From positions 1-59,809 of the IMG/VR virus record IMGVR_UViG_3300032227_000277: a stretch of DNA of 59,809 nucleotides; one strand, 5' to 3'. Position numbers and translations under genes: made by a program. The DNA is from a virus (Duplodnaviria > Caudoviricetes). The notes beneath the pieces were generated by a model. The model made no database searches and was not told where the DNA came from. It worked only from the letters and a program-made list of their open reading frames with translations. Each line of letters opens with the position of its first letter. Position 1 is the stretch's first letter. Shown one piece after another: positions 1-8,878 of the stretch.

Positions 1-21
1 GCTGACTAACGCGAAACAGTT

Positions 22-537
22 TCAGCGGAAGTTGCGGATGTCCTCTTTGCTCCATTTGCTCTCCCCACTTTTTCTCGCGTGATTTGCAAGCGCATCGACA
101 CGCTCGTTTCTGATGACGCCGGAATGCCCCTTCACCTTGACGAAGTCAAGAAGACGGAACTCCCGGTGGTGCGTGATCAAGTCGATCCCTAGCTTCACGA
201 GGCTGAGATTCTTGACCTCACTCCCGTTCGATGTTCGCCAGCCATCAGCTTCCCACTGCTTGCTCCAGACGGTCAGCGCACCGATGGCGTAGGCACTGTC
301 AGTGACGATGACAGTGGGTCTAGTGTGAGCCTCGCTCGCCGGAATGAACTGAAGTGCGCGGACAATTGCCATGATCTCCATCTGGTTATTACTGACTCCA
401 TCAACGAATCCATATCTCGTGACACTACCATCGCGGAACTTGCAATGGAACGACCACCCTCCGCGACCGTTTGGGTTCGGGTAGGCTGATCCATCTGTGT
501 AGATCGTGATCGTCTCAGGATCGTCTAGGTCAATCAT
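22..537 (-). CDS. rnhA: Ribonuclease HI
   Basis: IYTDGSA, SNNQMEIMAI, TDSAY, KVKGHSG..NERVDALA motifs. Confidence 0.95.
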   Translation of the reverse strand: MIDLDDPETITIYTDGSAYPNPNGRGGWSFHCKFRDGSVTRYGFVDGVSNNQMEIMAIVRALQFIPASEAHTRPTVIVTDSAYAIGALTVWSKQWEADGWRTSNGSEVKNLSLVKLGIDLITHHREFRLLDFVKVKGHSGVIRNERVDALANHARKSGESKWSKEDIRNFR

Positions 538-543
538 GGCACT

Positions 544-592
544 AAAAGGGACAACCCCTCCGCCCTTCGCTTGCGCTGAGACGGAGAGGTTG
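544..592 (-). terminator. Long imperfect hairpin followed by CCCTTTT on minus strand; possible terminator
   Basis: CAACCCCTCCG...CGGAGAGGTTG inverted repeat downstream of the 631..1665 gene. Confidence 0.4.
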
Positions 593-630
593 CACTGGGT
601 TGCGGAACTTCACTGGCGGAGGCAGGTTGG

Positions 631-1665
631 TCACTCGGACATCGCCATCCACTCATTGAGGATGTGGAGGACACACGCGGAGTCGTCCTGATCGTCGCCG
701 ATGACGGCACGAGCCTTGTCGATGGCTTCCTTGACGACGTTGTCCTGATCTTCGAAGAAGCGGAACTTGCGGGTCACCATCTGAGCGGTCTGGCGATTGC
801 CGTGAACCTTTCCGCCAGCCTCGACAATGGACTTGGTGATCTCGGCCTTGAGATCGGAGGTGGAAGCCTCACGAGCGTAGTCGAGCCACTCTTCGACGTT
901 CGACTCATCGAGGTCGAGCGGGAGAAGTTCGCGGAGCTTGGTCCAGCCGATCTTGGCGATCTTGGCTTCGGTGGTGATCTGCGAGAACTTCTCGTAGAGA
1001 TTGACGAAGTAGTCAGCCTTGCGAGCGGCGATACCGAGGGTGTCCTCGACGTAGGCATTGAAGCCCTTCAAGCCAGCCTCATAAGCGGCAAGCACGTTGC
1101 CCTCCTCGTCCTGCTCATCGCTCTCGATAGCCGTATGGCTGTCGTTGCGCTTGATGTAGGCAAGCACACCACCGAGGGTGAAGACGGTCTTCTCAGACGC
1201 CTCAGCGAGTTCGGTAGCCGCAGCAATGGCGTCACCACCGTGCTGCTCAAGCGCAGCCTTGACCGATGCGGTGGTCTTGAACTTGGGAAGCGGGGCGACT
1301 TCCTCCAGCACGACCTTAGCAGTCTTCGCCGTCTTCTTGGTCGTAGCCTTCGGCTCGGCCTTGGTCTTGGTCTTGGTCTTGGTCTTGGGAGCCTCCTCGA
1401 CCTCCTCGACGGTCTCAACGACCTCGACAGCCTTGGTCTTGGTCTTGGTCTTGGTCTTCGCCTCCTTGGGCGCTTCCTCCTCGATGGCGGAGAACTCGGT
1501 GTCGTAGAGACTGTCCTGAGTCCCGTCCTGATCTTGGACGGCATACGTCCCCTCATCGGGGTCATAGCCCATAATGGTGACGGTAGTGCCGACTTCCAGC
1601 GCACCGTCGTATTCTTTGCTTCCAATGAACTCAACTTGAGTTCCGGTCTTGATGGTCTTTGCCAT
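631..1665 (-). CDS. Putative abundant DNA-binding protein (SH3-like N-terminus, K/T/E linker, DUF3102-like helical domain, RHH-like C-terminus)
   Basis: LGGVLAYIK...FNAYVEDTLGIAARKADYFVNLYEKF...IGWTKLREL resembles DUF3102; strong codon bias; own promoter. Confidence 0.55.
   Translation of the reverse strand: MAKTIKTGTQVEFIGSKEYDGALEVGTTVTIMGYDPDEGTYAVQDQDGTQDSLYDTEFSAIEEEAPKEAKTKTKTKTKAVEVVETVEEVEEAPKTKTKTKTKAEPKATTKKTAKTAKVVLEEVAPLPKFKTTASVKAALEQHGGDAIAAATELAEASEKTVFTLGGVLAYIKRNDSHTAIESDEQDEEGNVLAAYEAGLKGFNAYVEDTLGIAARKADYFVNLYEKFSQITTEAKIAKIGWTKLRELLPLDLDESNVEEWLDYAREASTSDLKAEITKSIVEAGGKVHGNRQTAQMVTRKFRFFEDQDNVVKEAIDKARAVIGDDQDDSACVLHILNEWMAMSE
1360..1458. repeat. Two (CTTGGT)n hexamer tracts encoding (KT)n
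   Basis: Tracts at about 1360-1388 and 1432-1458. Confidence 0.85.
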
Positions 1666-1722
1666 AGGTAGTTATGTTTGGGTTAGTTTGGGTGTGTTGC
1701 CGATTTCGGATTCACGATGAGC

Positions 1723-1750
1723 AGTATAACGTGCCTTTTTTCCTTTGCAA
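1723..1750 (-). promoter_or_regulatory. Promoter TTGCAA-N16-TATACT
   Basis: One of five copies of the CTTGCAAAG(A/G)AAA promoter class. Confidence 0.75.
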
Positions 1751-1769
1751 GCGATTTTGAGCTAAAAAA

Positions 1770-1784
1770 TTGCACGGCGTGCAA
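1770..1784. repeat. Dispersed palindrome copy 1
   Basis: TTGCACGGCGTGCAA. Confidence 0.9.
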
Positions 1785-1787
1785 AAA

Positions 1788-2255
1788 TCATCCCTTTTCC
1801 TTGGTTTGACGGGATCTAGGGGCGGAAACTATTTTCAGCGCACCGTCGCGCATGGCTCTCTCGGCTGCGGTTTTTCGGTCATGGCAGGGTCCGCAAAGTG
1901 CTTGCCAGCCATCCGCCTCGCAGAACATGCGGGAGATGTAGGAGTCCCATCCAACGAACCCCTCCACCGGATCAATGACGGGAAGGATGTGGTCCGCTTT
2001 CATGTCACCCTTCGGAAAGAGTTCAGCGCAGGAGGTGCAACGGTGCAGCTTGCACATACGCCCCGTCCTCGGATTTGGACCAAGGCGAACGAACGCCTTG
2101 TCGATGCACGCCCATTTCGGTCCCCACCTAAGAGTCGCAGAACGTAAGGCTGAGACGATGAAGGAGCGAAACCTCGCACGCGTCCACTGCCCCCCGCAAT
2201 GCGGTCGCTGGAGGTCAGTCCGCACGCGCCCACTCTTCTTGATCGCCTTCCTCAT
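1788..2255 (-). CDS. HNH endonuclease with Zn-binding CxxC pairs
   Basis: CTSC...ADHILPV...WQALCGPCHDRKT; probable ATG at 2255 (MRKAIKK). Confidence 0.85.
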   Translation of the reverse strand: MRKAIKKSGRVRTDLQRPHCGGQWTRARFRSFIVSALRSATLRWGPKWACIDKAFVRLGPNPRTGRMCKLHRCTSCAELFPKGDMKADHILPVIDPVEGFVGWDSYISRMFCEADGWQALCGPCHDRKTAAERAMRDGALKIVSAPRSRQTKEKG

Positions 2256-2266
2256 CGTCGTCGTCG

Positions 2267-3226
2267 TCAAGAATTTCGAGAAAAACATCCGACACACTCT
2301 GGACAGCTTTTAGCCCTTGTTGAGGTGGGCGAAGAGCACGCGTCAAGTCTGTCAGGCAGAACCTAGCACCCACCAGATTTGTGCGCTTCAACCCATTCCG
2401 CTCGCTTAGAAGCAAGTTCGAAGAGATCATCAATGCGAGCAGCAAGGTGGTCATCAATCGTAACGTGGAACTCCTTGTAGGGCTTCGGATGAAAGTCCTT
2501 GCACGCGTAGAATATGGACACGGTATCGTCTGGAGTAAAGCCGTTCTCCCCGAGTAAGCGATGGTAACATGCCGCTTGAAGAACGTGATGCGCTACGGGT
2601 GCTGCCAGTTCCTTGTATTGAGTGACGTTCATCGACTTGATCTCGATAACCCTGACTGCTCCGTTATCGGGTCTACTATAGAGTAGGTCGGGATTGCCAA
2701 CGACTTTTCGAACATCATCCCGTAGCGTAAACTCACCGTAGCGATTGGCGCGTTCTCCGCAGGTTCCACAAAGGCTTCTGGGCATGTCTCCTCGTCTGGT
2801 TAGCTGTCCGCACTTGCATGACCACTCACCTATGACGCCTTCGCCTCTAGTCCCCTCAACGAACTGAGAACGGACATGCGACTCTACGGCTCGACCGATA
2901 GCCCAGATGATTCGTTCAGCCGCCATTACCTTGCGCATTCGGGGACTTGCCCCAACTTGCCTACCTGAGAAGGCGAGACTCTCCTTCCGCGCACAATAGT
3001 CGATCAGCCCACTGACATGGATGTATTCGGACCCCGTTCGGAACTCCTCTGGTGCGCTATCCATAGACATCACTGTCTTGATGAAGTGGTCGTCACTGAA
3101 GTCGTCATGCCCAACCTCATCCTGACTTCGGCTCCTGCGACGAAAGGAAGCTACGGGTAATTCTTCTTCGGCTCGTTTCTGCTCGGTAGTTTCAAGCATC
3201 CTCGCCATTCGCTTTATCGCACTCAT
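2267..3226 (-). CDS. Cas4/RecB-like PD-(D/E)XK exonuclease, interrupted by in-frame TAG at 2363-2365
   Basis: HVSGLIDYCARK, GNPDL, VIEIKS, HVLQAACY; frame continues past TAG as VLPDRLDACSSPTSTRAKSCPECVGCFSRNS to TGA at 2267. Confidence 0.75.
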
Positions 3227-3588
3227 TTGTTGTCTGTTTGATTTGTAATTAGGTCAAGAACCCAAGTCGGCGTAATGGCGACTTCGCAAGCCTTGACCCC
3301 ATTGTCGTTAAACTCAACTATGAGCACAGGCATTTCTCCGTGACACATGGCTGCTGTTTCAACCTTCTCAATCATCTCACGGGTCACCGAGAACGATTGC
3401 TTGTTAGTGGTCTTGGCTTCGATTCTGCACACTCGGTGAAGGCGAACGTCTCCCTTCTCCTTACCAGAACCTGATCCGCGAACGGTGTTTCCACCTACCC
3501 GCTTTGCGAGTTCCCTCTCCTGCCGTGGAGCGCGAGCGTGTGAACTTAGACCACCACCCTTACCCTTGATTCTCTTAGGAACTTGCAT
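3223..3588 (-). CDS. Hjc-like Holliday junction resolvase (PD-(D/E)XK)
   Basis: QERELAK...GSGSGKEKGDV...IEAKTT; probable ATG at 3588. Confidence 0.75.
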   Translation of the reverse strand: MQVPKRIKGKGGGLSSHARAPRQERELAKRVGGNTVRGSGSGKEKGDVRLHRVCRIEAKTTNKQSFSVTREMIEKVETAAMCHGEMPVLIVEFNDNGVKACEVAITPTWVLDLITNQTDNK

Positions 3589-3589
3589 A

Positions 3590-4105
3590 TCAGAAAGGAT
3601 CGTTACCTTGCGGCTCAGTGCAGACCAACTCAGAGTCGTCCACCCAATCGCAGTATGGCTCAAGCGAGTAGCCCTTCCGCATAAGCAGTTCGCGCCGATA
3701 CTCGTAGTTGCGCCGTTCCTTGTTGCCCTTCGCGATGTTCTCACTCAAGGGTATGACGCGTAAGTTACCGACAGTATACCCGAGGCACGGGTCGATGCGG
3801 TCGATGTGAAAGCACCCTACCCTAGTCCCCTTCTCCTCCATGTAGGGAGTATCCCCTACCATCAAGGCGAAGTCATCGAAACTGAGTTCGAACGGAAGCC
3901 TACGCTTCCTCGCACTGTCGCGAAGATTAGCGTAAGCCGCACGGGCTGGGTTCCTCGCTCTCCATAACTGCATGTAGTGTTTCTGGCAGAGAGCGCGGTT
4001 ACCATCCCTGAGCGCGTTGAAGCAGTGGGCGACCATGCAAGTCCTAGCTATCAATCGCTGGCGGAATCTGAAGAACTCTTCCTGCTTGATTTCCAGTTCT
4101 GACAT
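3590..4105 (-). CDS. His-Me/HNH-like endonuclease-family protein
   Basis: SARKRRLPFELSFDDF...HIDRIDPCLGYTVGNLRVI..SENIAKG; probable ATG at 4105. Confidence 0.65.
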   Translation of the reverse strand: MSELEIKQEEFFRFRQRLIARTCMVAHCFNALRDGNRALCQKHYMQLWRARNPARAAYANLRDSARKRRLPFELSFDDFALMVGDTPYMEEKGTRVGCFHIDRIDPCLGYTVGNLRVIPLSENIAKGNKERRNYEYRRELLMRKGYSLEPYCDWVDDSELVCTEPQGNDPF

Positions 4106-4115
4106 ATCAGTAGGA

Positions 4116-5360
4116 TTAGGCTTCTTCTCGGTTGAGTCTAACCAACCTGCCGCCATTCCCTACTAGATAACCATCTGGAGGAAGTGCCTCAAGATTCTTA
4201 GAGACACGTTGCTCTGCGATGATGGATCGTTGAAGCGTGATGAGTTCCTCTGGATTATCGTGCAGGAACTGTCGGATGTCTTCCAACTTCGGGAACTTGG
4301 TGAACGCCTTCTCTCGACGCTCTCCGCTCTTAGTGTTCTCGACATAGCCTCGCTTCTCAGTCAGCAGTGAGAAGTTTCCTCCGCCTCCACGAATGAAGCC
4401 GAACTTCTTTGCGAAAGTCACGGTCGTGTCCACACTATCCACGCACCCCTGATTGACCTTGCCCTTCGGATTAAGGGCGAGATCGAATGCGCCTGAGTTG
4501 ATAGAAGACCCGTGCTTCCGCTTCTCAATCTCGAAAGCCTGTTCGTTGTAGTCTGGGACCACGTTTTCGAACTCGTCTTTGCCTTCGACTTGTTTCGTGA
4601 GTTTGAGCCAGACCTTCGTTGTCGGAACGTGGTTGATCTGAAACCCACCGGGAAGATGTCTTGGAGATCCTAGCACGAACCCAACCTTGTTTCGAATCTG
4701 ATTGATGTTCCAGATGGTGACGTAGTGGTCCTTGCGCCTCTCGGAGTTGATCCTCGTTGTAATCTTAGAGCACATCTTCCCCATGAGGCGAGCGAGAGCC
4801 GCCATCGTGTCATCCTCAGCAGAGTTCTCCAACACTTTCATAGGAGCGCACGCAGGGATCGAGTCGAGGACAATCAAGCCGACGCTAGGTCTCTGAACCA
4901 TGTCCTCAAGAATGTCCACAGCTTGCTCTCCGTATTCTGGACGAGCCACGATAATACGCGTGGTGTCAACGCCGATCATCCTCGCCCACTCCTCGTCGTA
5001 GAGTCCCTCTGCGTCAATCCACACGACATACTTATCCGTGTGCTTGCGCTGGAACTCGCGGACACCGTTGAGGAAGATGGTGCTCTTTGCCGTGGAGTGA
5101 TACCCGTAGGTCATTGATACGAACCCCTGCGGCCAACCTCCGAGAAGCGCGAAGTCGAGGATGAAGATACCTGTCGGAATGACGTTGAACTTCACAGTGG
5201 CTCCCGGTCGCATGAGAATGCCTTCTCCGTGCGCCTTATCAAAATCGGCGAACGACGCTTGAAGGTCCGGTGGAAGCTGACTGTTCGATCCCTTTGCAGC
5301 AGTGGAACCAGCCGATGGTTCCTTGCGCGTATTACCCTGTGCTCTTTGTCTAACTTTCAT
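4116..5360 (-). CDS. recA: RecA/UvsX recombinase
   Basis: IPTGIFILDFALLGG, WIDAE, PEYGEQA, LIVLDSI, ARLM, INQIRNKVG. Confidence 0.92.
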   Translation of the reverse strand: MKVRQRAQGNTRKEPSAGSTAAKGSNSQLPPDLQASFADFDKAHGEGILMRPGATVKFNVIPTGIFILDFALLGGWPQGFVSMTYGYHSTAKSTIFLNGVREFQRKHTDKYVVWIDAEGLYDEEWARMIGVDTTRIIVARPEYGEQAVDILEDMVQRPSVGLIVLDSIPACAPMKVLENSAEDDTMAALARLMGKMCSKITTRINSERRKDHYVTIWNINQIRNKVGFVLGSPRHLPGGFQINHVPTTKVWLKLTKQVEGKDEFENVVPDYNEQAFEIEKRKHGSSINSGAFDLALNPKGKVNQGCVDSVDTTVTFAKKFGFIRGGGGNFSLLTEKRGYVENTKSGERREKAFTKFPKLEDIRQFLHDNPEELITLQRSIIAEQRVSKNLEALPPDGYLVGNGGRLVRLNREEA

Positions 5361-5379
5361 AGTTGTGTGTTTGTTGGTT

Positions 5380-5395
5380 TTGCACGCTCGTGCAA
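5380..5395. repeat. Dispersed palindrome copy 2
   Basis: TTGCACGCTCGTGCAA. Confidence 0.9.
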
Positions 5396-5401
5396 ATCTG
5401 T

Positions 5402-5749
5402 TTAGTCTTGGTCGCTGATTGCTTTCTCGTATTCCTCGTCTAGGAACTCGTTGACGAGCTTAGACGCACGAACGTGCGCTCGTCTGACATCATCGTCATG
5501 CGGAAGGCATGGCAGTGAAACATGGACGTTCAGCTTTACCGAGTTGTAGTCGCCCATGTTCTTGGTCAGTCCCTGAGATACGGAAACGTAGGCAGGGTTT
5601 GGGCAGTTGATTTCATCCTCGAAATCACGAGTCTCAGAAACCTCCTCTCCCCTCTCTGCTCCACGGTTCTGTTGTCGTGAGGTCGTCACGGTTCCTCGAC
5701 CCGTAGCTCGTTGGACTTTGCTTCTTACTTTTGGTGGTGTAGTTGCCAT
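5402..5749 (-). CDS. Hypothetical phage protein
   Basis: Compact in operon; TKNMGDYNSVKLNV resembles a recurrent phage motif. Confidence 0.7.
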   Translation of the reverse strand: MATTPPKVRSKVQRATGRGTVTTSRQQNRGAERGEEVSETRDFEDEINCPNPAYVSVSQGLTKNMGDYNSVKLNVHVSLPCLPHDDDVRRAHVRASKLVNEFLDEEYEKAISDQD

Positions 5750-5767
5750 TGGTATTGTGTGTATTGT

Positions 5768-6325
5768 TTACTGAAGGCCATCGAAGATGGCGAAAAGTTG
5801 CTCAGTAACCTCCGCGTCAGTTGGGCGAAAGGAGGCGCGACCTGCTAGACCGCTATGTAAGCACTGGGACAGAGCGTTCGCTTCTTTGATAGTGAAGACT
5901 CGCTTTCCGCACTTGGACCTTTTGTTTGGACAAGGGAATTTCTCGGACCTGATCCATGCGTTTAGAATCTTAGCGGTGACGTTTAGGAACGTAGCCATCT
6001 GCTCTACGGAAAGCGTAGCTACCGTGATGATAGACTCATCCTCAGTCCACATCTTCTTGCCAGTAGCATACTGTGAGGCTTGACCGGAGTTACCGCCGAT
6101 TTGCTTGGTAGATCCTCCAGTTACCTCACGATACTTCTCACGCTCACGCTCGATAATCTTAGCTCGATACTCAGGGTCTGAATTATAACGTGCCTTTCGA
6201 ACTTCGTTATATTTCTGGTGATACTTACGCTGACGCTCTTTGCGCTTCAGCACAGCATCGGGGTCTGGACGACGACCCCTCTTACTCGGTTCTTTTTTCA
6301 TGTTAGGTTGCTTATCTGATTTCAT
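5768..6325 (-). CDS. Putative MerR/excisionase-like HTH DNA-binding protein
   Basis: LSVEQMATFLNVTAKILNAWIRSEKFPCP; basic N-terminus. Confidence 0.6.
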   Translation of the reverse strand: MKSDKQPNMKKEPSKRGRRPDPDAVLKRKERQRKYHQKYNEVRKARYNSDPEYRAKIIEREREKYREVTGGSTKQIGGNSGQASQYATGKKMWTEDESIITVATLSVEQMATFLNVTAKILNAWIRSEKFPCPNKRSKCGKRVFTIKEANALSQCLHSGLAGRASFRPTDAEVTEQLFAIFDGLQ

Positions 6326-7703
6326 GTATAGTTACTCCTCCGACTTTGTGAAGGCTCCGCAACCTTGCCGCAGTGAACTGATAGAGGAAGGTGAACACAC
6401 TGTTCGGCCTGATCCCCGTATCTTTGATACTGATCCATTCCGCTTGACTCTTGCCGGGATACACACGGCGAGCGCGACCAACAGCTTGTCGAACGTCGGA
6501 GACAGGCAGTGCTTCTATACCAAAGGTGATGCGCGGGATGTCTACCCCTTCCTTCATCATCGAGTAGGTGGCGAAGATGACCTTCGCGTCCTGCTTCACC
6601 TTGTCGAGATCCGCCTTCTTAACCGCTCGCTCTTTAGGACCGTTCTCAGTCTCTACCGTGCGCTTTCCAACGAAGAGACCCATATCGTCTTGCGGTATGG
6701 TCCTGCATAGGTTCATCAACGCCTCTGCGTGCCTAGTAAACTTAGTGAGGACGAGAACAACGTGACCCGACTTATACGCGGAGGTCACACGACTAACGAT
6801 CAACTGATTCCGTTTCTCGTTCTCACTCAACCAAAGCAGAGGCTTGACGTTGCTTCTTGTATACTCAAGAGACGCTGGCGTTCCTGCTACCTTGAACTCA
6901 AGAAGGTTGTAGACCAGCGGCAAAGGCTTCTGCTCCGATCTCACACTGACTTCACCAAAGTAGTTAGTGAATAGTGAGGCGCACCCGTCTTTCCGATCTG
7001 GTGTAGCCGTCACTGCGATTCTGTATTTGGCAGGGAAGTAGCGCATCGTCTTGCTGAACTCTTTCGCTCCCAGATTATGCGCTTCATCCCACGCAACGAA
7101 TCCAAAGCTAGTGTAGAAGTCTGGCGGGAATATCTTCAGAAATAGGTTGTGCAGAACGCACACGGTGAACGGCTTTCCTAGTTGCTCTTTTCCGTCGCCA
7201 ATCATTCCAATCTCGTCATCTGTGAGTCCTAGATGCTTCTTCGCCTCATCGACCCATTGATACATGAGCGTTCGGCTAGGGACTACTATGAGGGCTGATC
7301 TTTCGAACTCCGCTATGGCGTTCAGCACAGCTACTGTCTTTCCAGAACCAGTAGGTGCTTCTACGAGCGAGGTATAGCGATCTCTCAAGGTGTGAATGAC
7401 TTCGTCAAAAAACTTAGCCTGTCCAGAAGGAGCGGACGGGTGTCGTGGGTCTGGTCTTCTGGCGCAAGGTAGTGGGCTACCGTCGCACAGCTTATCCTCT
7501 AATGGGCCGAGAGAGAAACGAAGACCGTAATCTATCGGCAGACCCATCTTGCCCCTATTCTCGACCCACTGCTCGATAGGCTCGGGATCGGGTGCTCCGT
7601 CAAAACCCTTCGTAGGGGTCACCGTCAGTGCTGTTCTGAAGTTCGGGCAGAGCCTCTCAATCTCTTCCCGTTTAAACCACAGTAATGCGCCTAAAGATGC
7701 CAT
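6312..7703 (-). CDS. Superfamily II DNA helicase (UvsW/T5 D10-like)
   Basis: APTGSGKT, DEAH, TATPDRKDG, EGVDIP, QAVGRARR. Confidence 0.93.
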   Translation of the reverse strand: MASLGALLWFKREEIERLCPNFRTALTVTPTKGFDGAPDPEPIEQWVENRGKMGLPIDYGLRFSLGPLEDKLCDGSPLPCARRPDPRHPSAPSGQAKFFDEVIHTLRDRYTSLVEAPTGSGKTVAVLNAIAEFERSALIVVPSRTLMYQWVDEAKKHLGLTDDEIGMIGDGKEQLGKPFTVCVLHNLFLKIFPPDFYTSFGFVAWDEAHNLGAKEFSKTMRYFPAKYRIAVTATPDRKDGCASLFTNYFGEVSVRSEQKPLPLVYNLLEFKVAGTPASLEYTRSNVKPLLWLSENEKRNQLIVSRVTSAYKSGHVVLVLTKFTRHAEALMNLCRTIPQDDMGLFVGKRTVETENGPKERAVKKADLDKVKQDAKVIFATYSMMKEGVDIPRITFGIEALPVSDVRQAVGRARRVYPGKSQAEWISIKDTGIRPNSVFTFLYQFTAARLRSLHKVGGVTIHEIR

Positions 7704-7717
7704 ATCCTACGAAGGGT

Positions 7718-7732
7718 TTGCACGGCGTGCAA
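7718..7732. repeat. Dispersed palindrome copy 3
   Basis: TTGCACGGCGTGCAA. Confidence 0.9.
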
Positions 7733-8797
7733 TTAGTCCTCGAAAGAGGGTTCGGAGCGTCGGGCTGCGTAGCCTCGTCTGGCGGGAGGCGCACTGGGAG
7801 CGGGGGCGCGGCGAGTGAATCTCACAGGAGCCACCTCAACCTCCTCTTCGTCTTCCTCGATGTCATCGTCCTCGTCTGGGTCAGCAACGACACTGGAACG
7901 TCTAGACGCTGATGCCGACAGGGACCGGGGACGAACGGGTTCGTCGTCCTCCTCTTCGTCTTCAGCCACCTCCACGACTTTTCTGCGCGTGGAGCGCGAA
8001 CTCACCTGCGGGATTTCATCGGCATCGTCCTCCTCCTCGCGATTGGAGCGGCGAGAACCGGGAGTGGCGATGCCGTGCTGCTCACGAACCTCTTCGTCAT
8101 CAGTCTTGGGGAAGAGTTTGCGGTAGTCAAAAGGCTCGATGTCCTCATCCGCCTTCCGCAACACTTTGCCGTCTTTCTTGATCGCGTCATGGCCGAACTC
8201 CTTCTGGAGTGCCTTGTCGTCAAGCCAGTCGTTGATGATGTTGCCGTCATCGTTGTTGACGGGCATTCCGGTGGAGAACGCGTTCTCCTCATCTTCCCGC
8301 TTCATAATCACACAGGTTCCGCGAAGAGTTCCATGCTTCCGCATAGCGATAGCTTCGATGCGGTCGAACTCCGCATACTGCTGACGCTTGAGCGGAAGAA
8401 GCATCTTCGTGTAGTTGCTGACCTTGCCCGTCTTCTTGTTCTTGTAGGGGCGAAGGACGAGAACTGACAGTAGCACTACCAGAGAGGAGCGATTGCCAGC
8501 TTCACAGTGTGGGCATGGACCGGACTCTGCGATACAACGCTCGTAGTTGCCCCACTTGCCTCCGATCTGGAGGTTATGCTCCTGACGCCAAAACGCTTCT
8601 TCCATGCAGTTGTCGAGGATGACGATCTCGCAATCGTCTCCCCGTTGCTGCCAGAATCGAAACGGCATGTATTGACCGTTCGACTTCGATTTTGCGCGAT
8701 CTTCGTCGCGCTTCATTGCGTCACGGAGTGCGGATGAACGCTGACCTTGGTCAGCCCTGTTGCCACTGTCCGTGGCTTTGTTTCTGAGACTTCTCAT
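7733..8797 (-). CDS. Putative gp32-like single-stranded DNA-binding protein
   Basis: RFW..., H..C..CPHC Zn site, long acidic C-terminal tail, replication context. Confidence 0.65.
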   Translation of the reverse strand: MRSLRNKATDSGNRADQGQRSSALRDAMKRDEDRAKSKSNGQYMPFRFWQQRGDDCEIVILDNCMEEAFWRQEHNLQIGGKWGNYERCIAESGPCPHCEAGNRSSLVVLLSVLVLRPYKNKKTGKVSNYTKMLLPLKRQQYAEFDRIEAIAMRKHGTLRGTCVIMKREDEENAFSTGMPVNNDDGNIINDWLDDKALQKEFGHDAIKKDGKVLRKADEDIEPFDYRKLFPKTDDEEVREQHGIATPGSRRSNREEEDDADEIPQVSSRSTRRKVVEVAEDEEEDDEPVRPRSLSASASRRSSVVADPDEDDDIEEDEEEVEVAPVRFTRRAPAPSAPPARRGYAARRSEPSFED

Positions 8798-8841
8798 GTC
8801 TTTTTATTTTGGTTTGGTTGAGACCTCTATGGGTCAGGGAA

Positions 8842-8869
8842 AGTATCGTAAATAGCGTTTTCTTTGCAA
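8842..8869 (-). promoter_or_regulatory. Promoter TTGCAA-N16-GATACT
   Basis: Same class as 1723-1750. Confidence 0.65.
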
Positions 8870-8878
8870 GCGATTTCT

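Noticed and set aside
1360-1458. Hexamer tracts as a phase-variation switch
   Set aside because: Unit length of 6 keeps the frame; only linker length would change.
664-1671. 335-aa plus-strand ORF with LG repeats
   Set aside because: Antisense shadow of 631..1665; LG repeats mirror the KT repeats.
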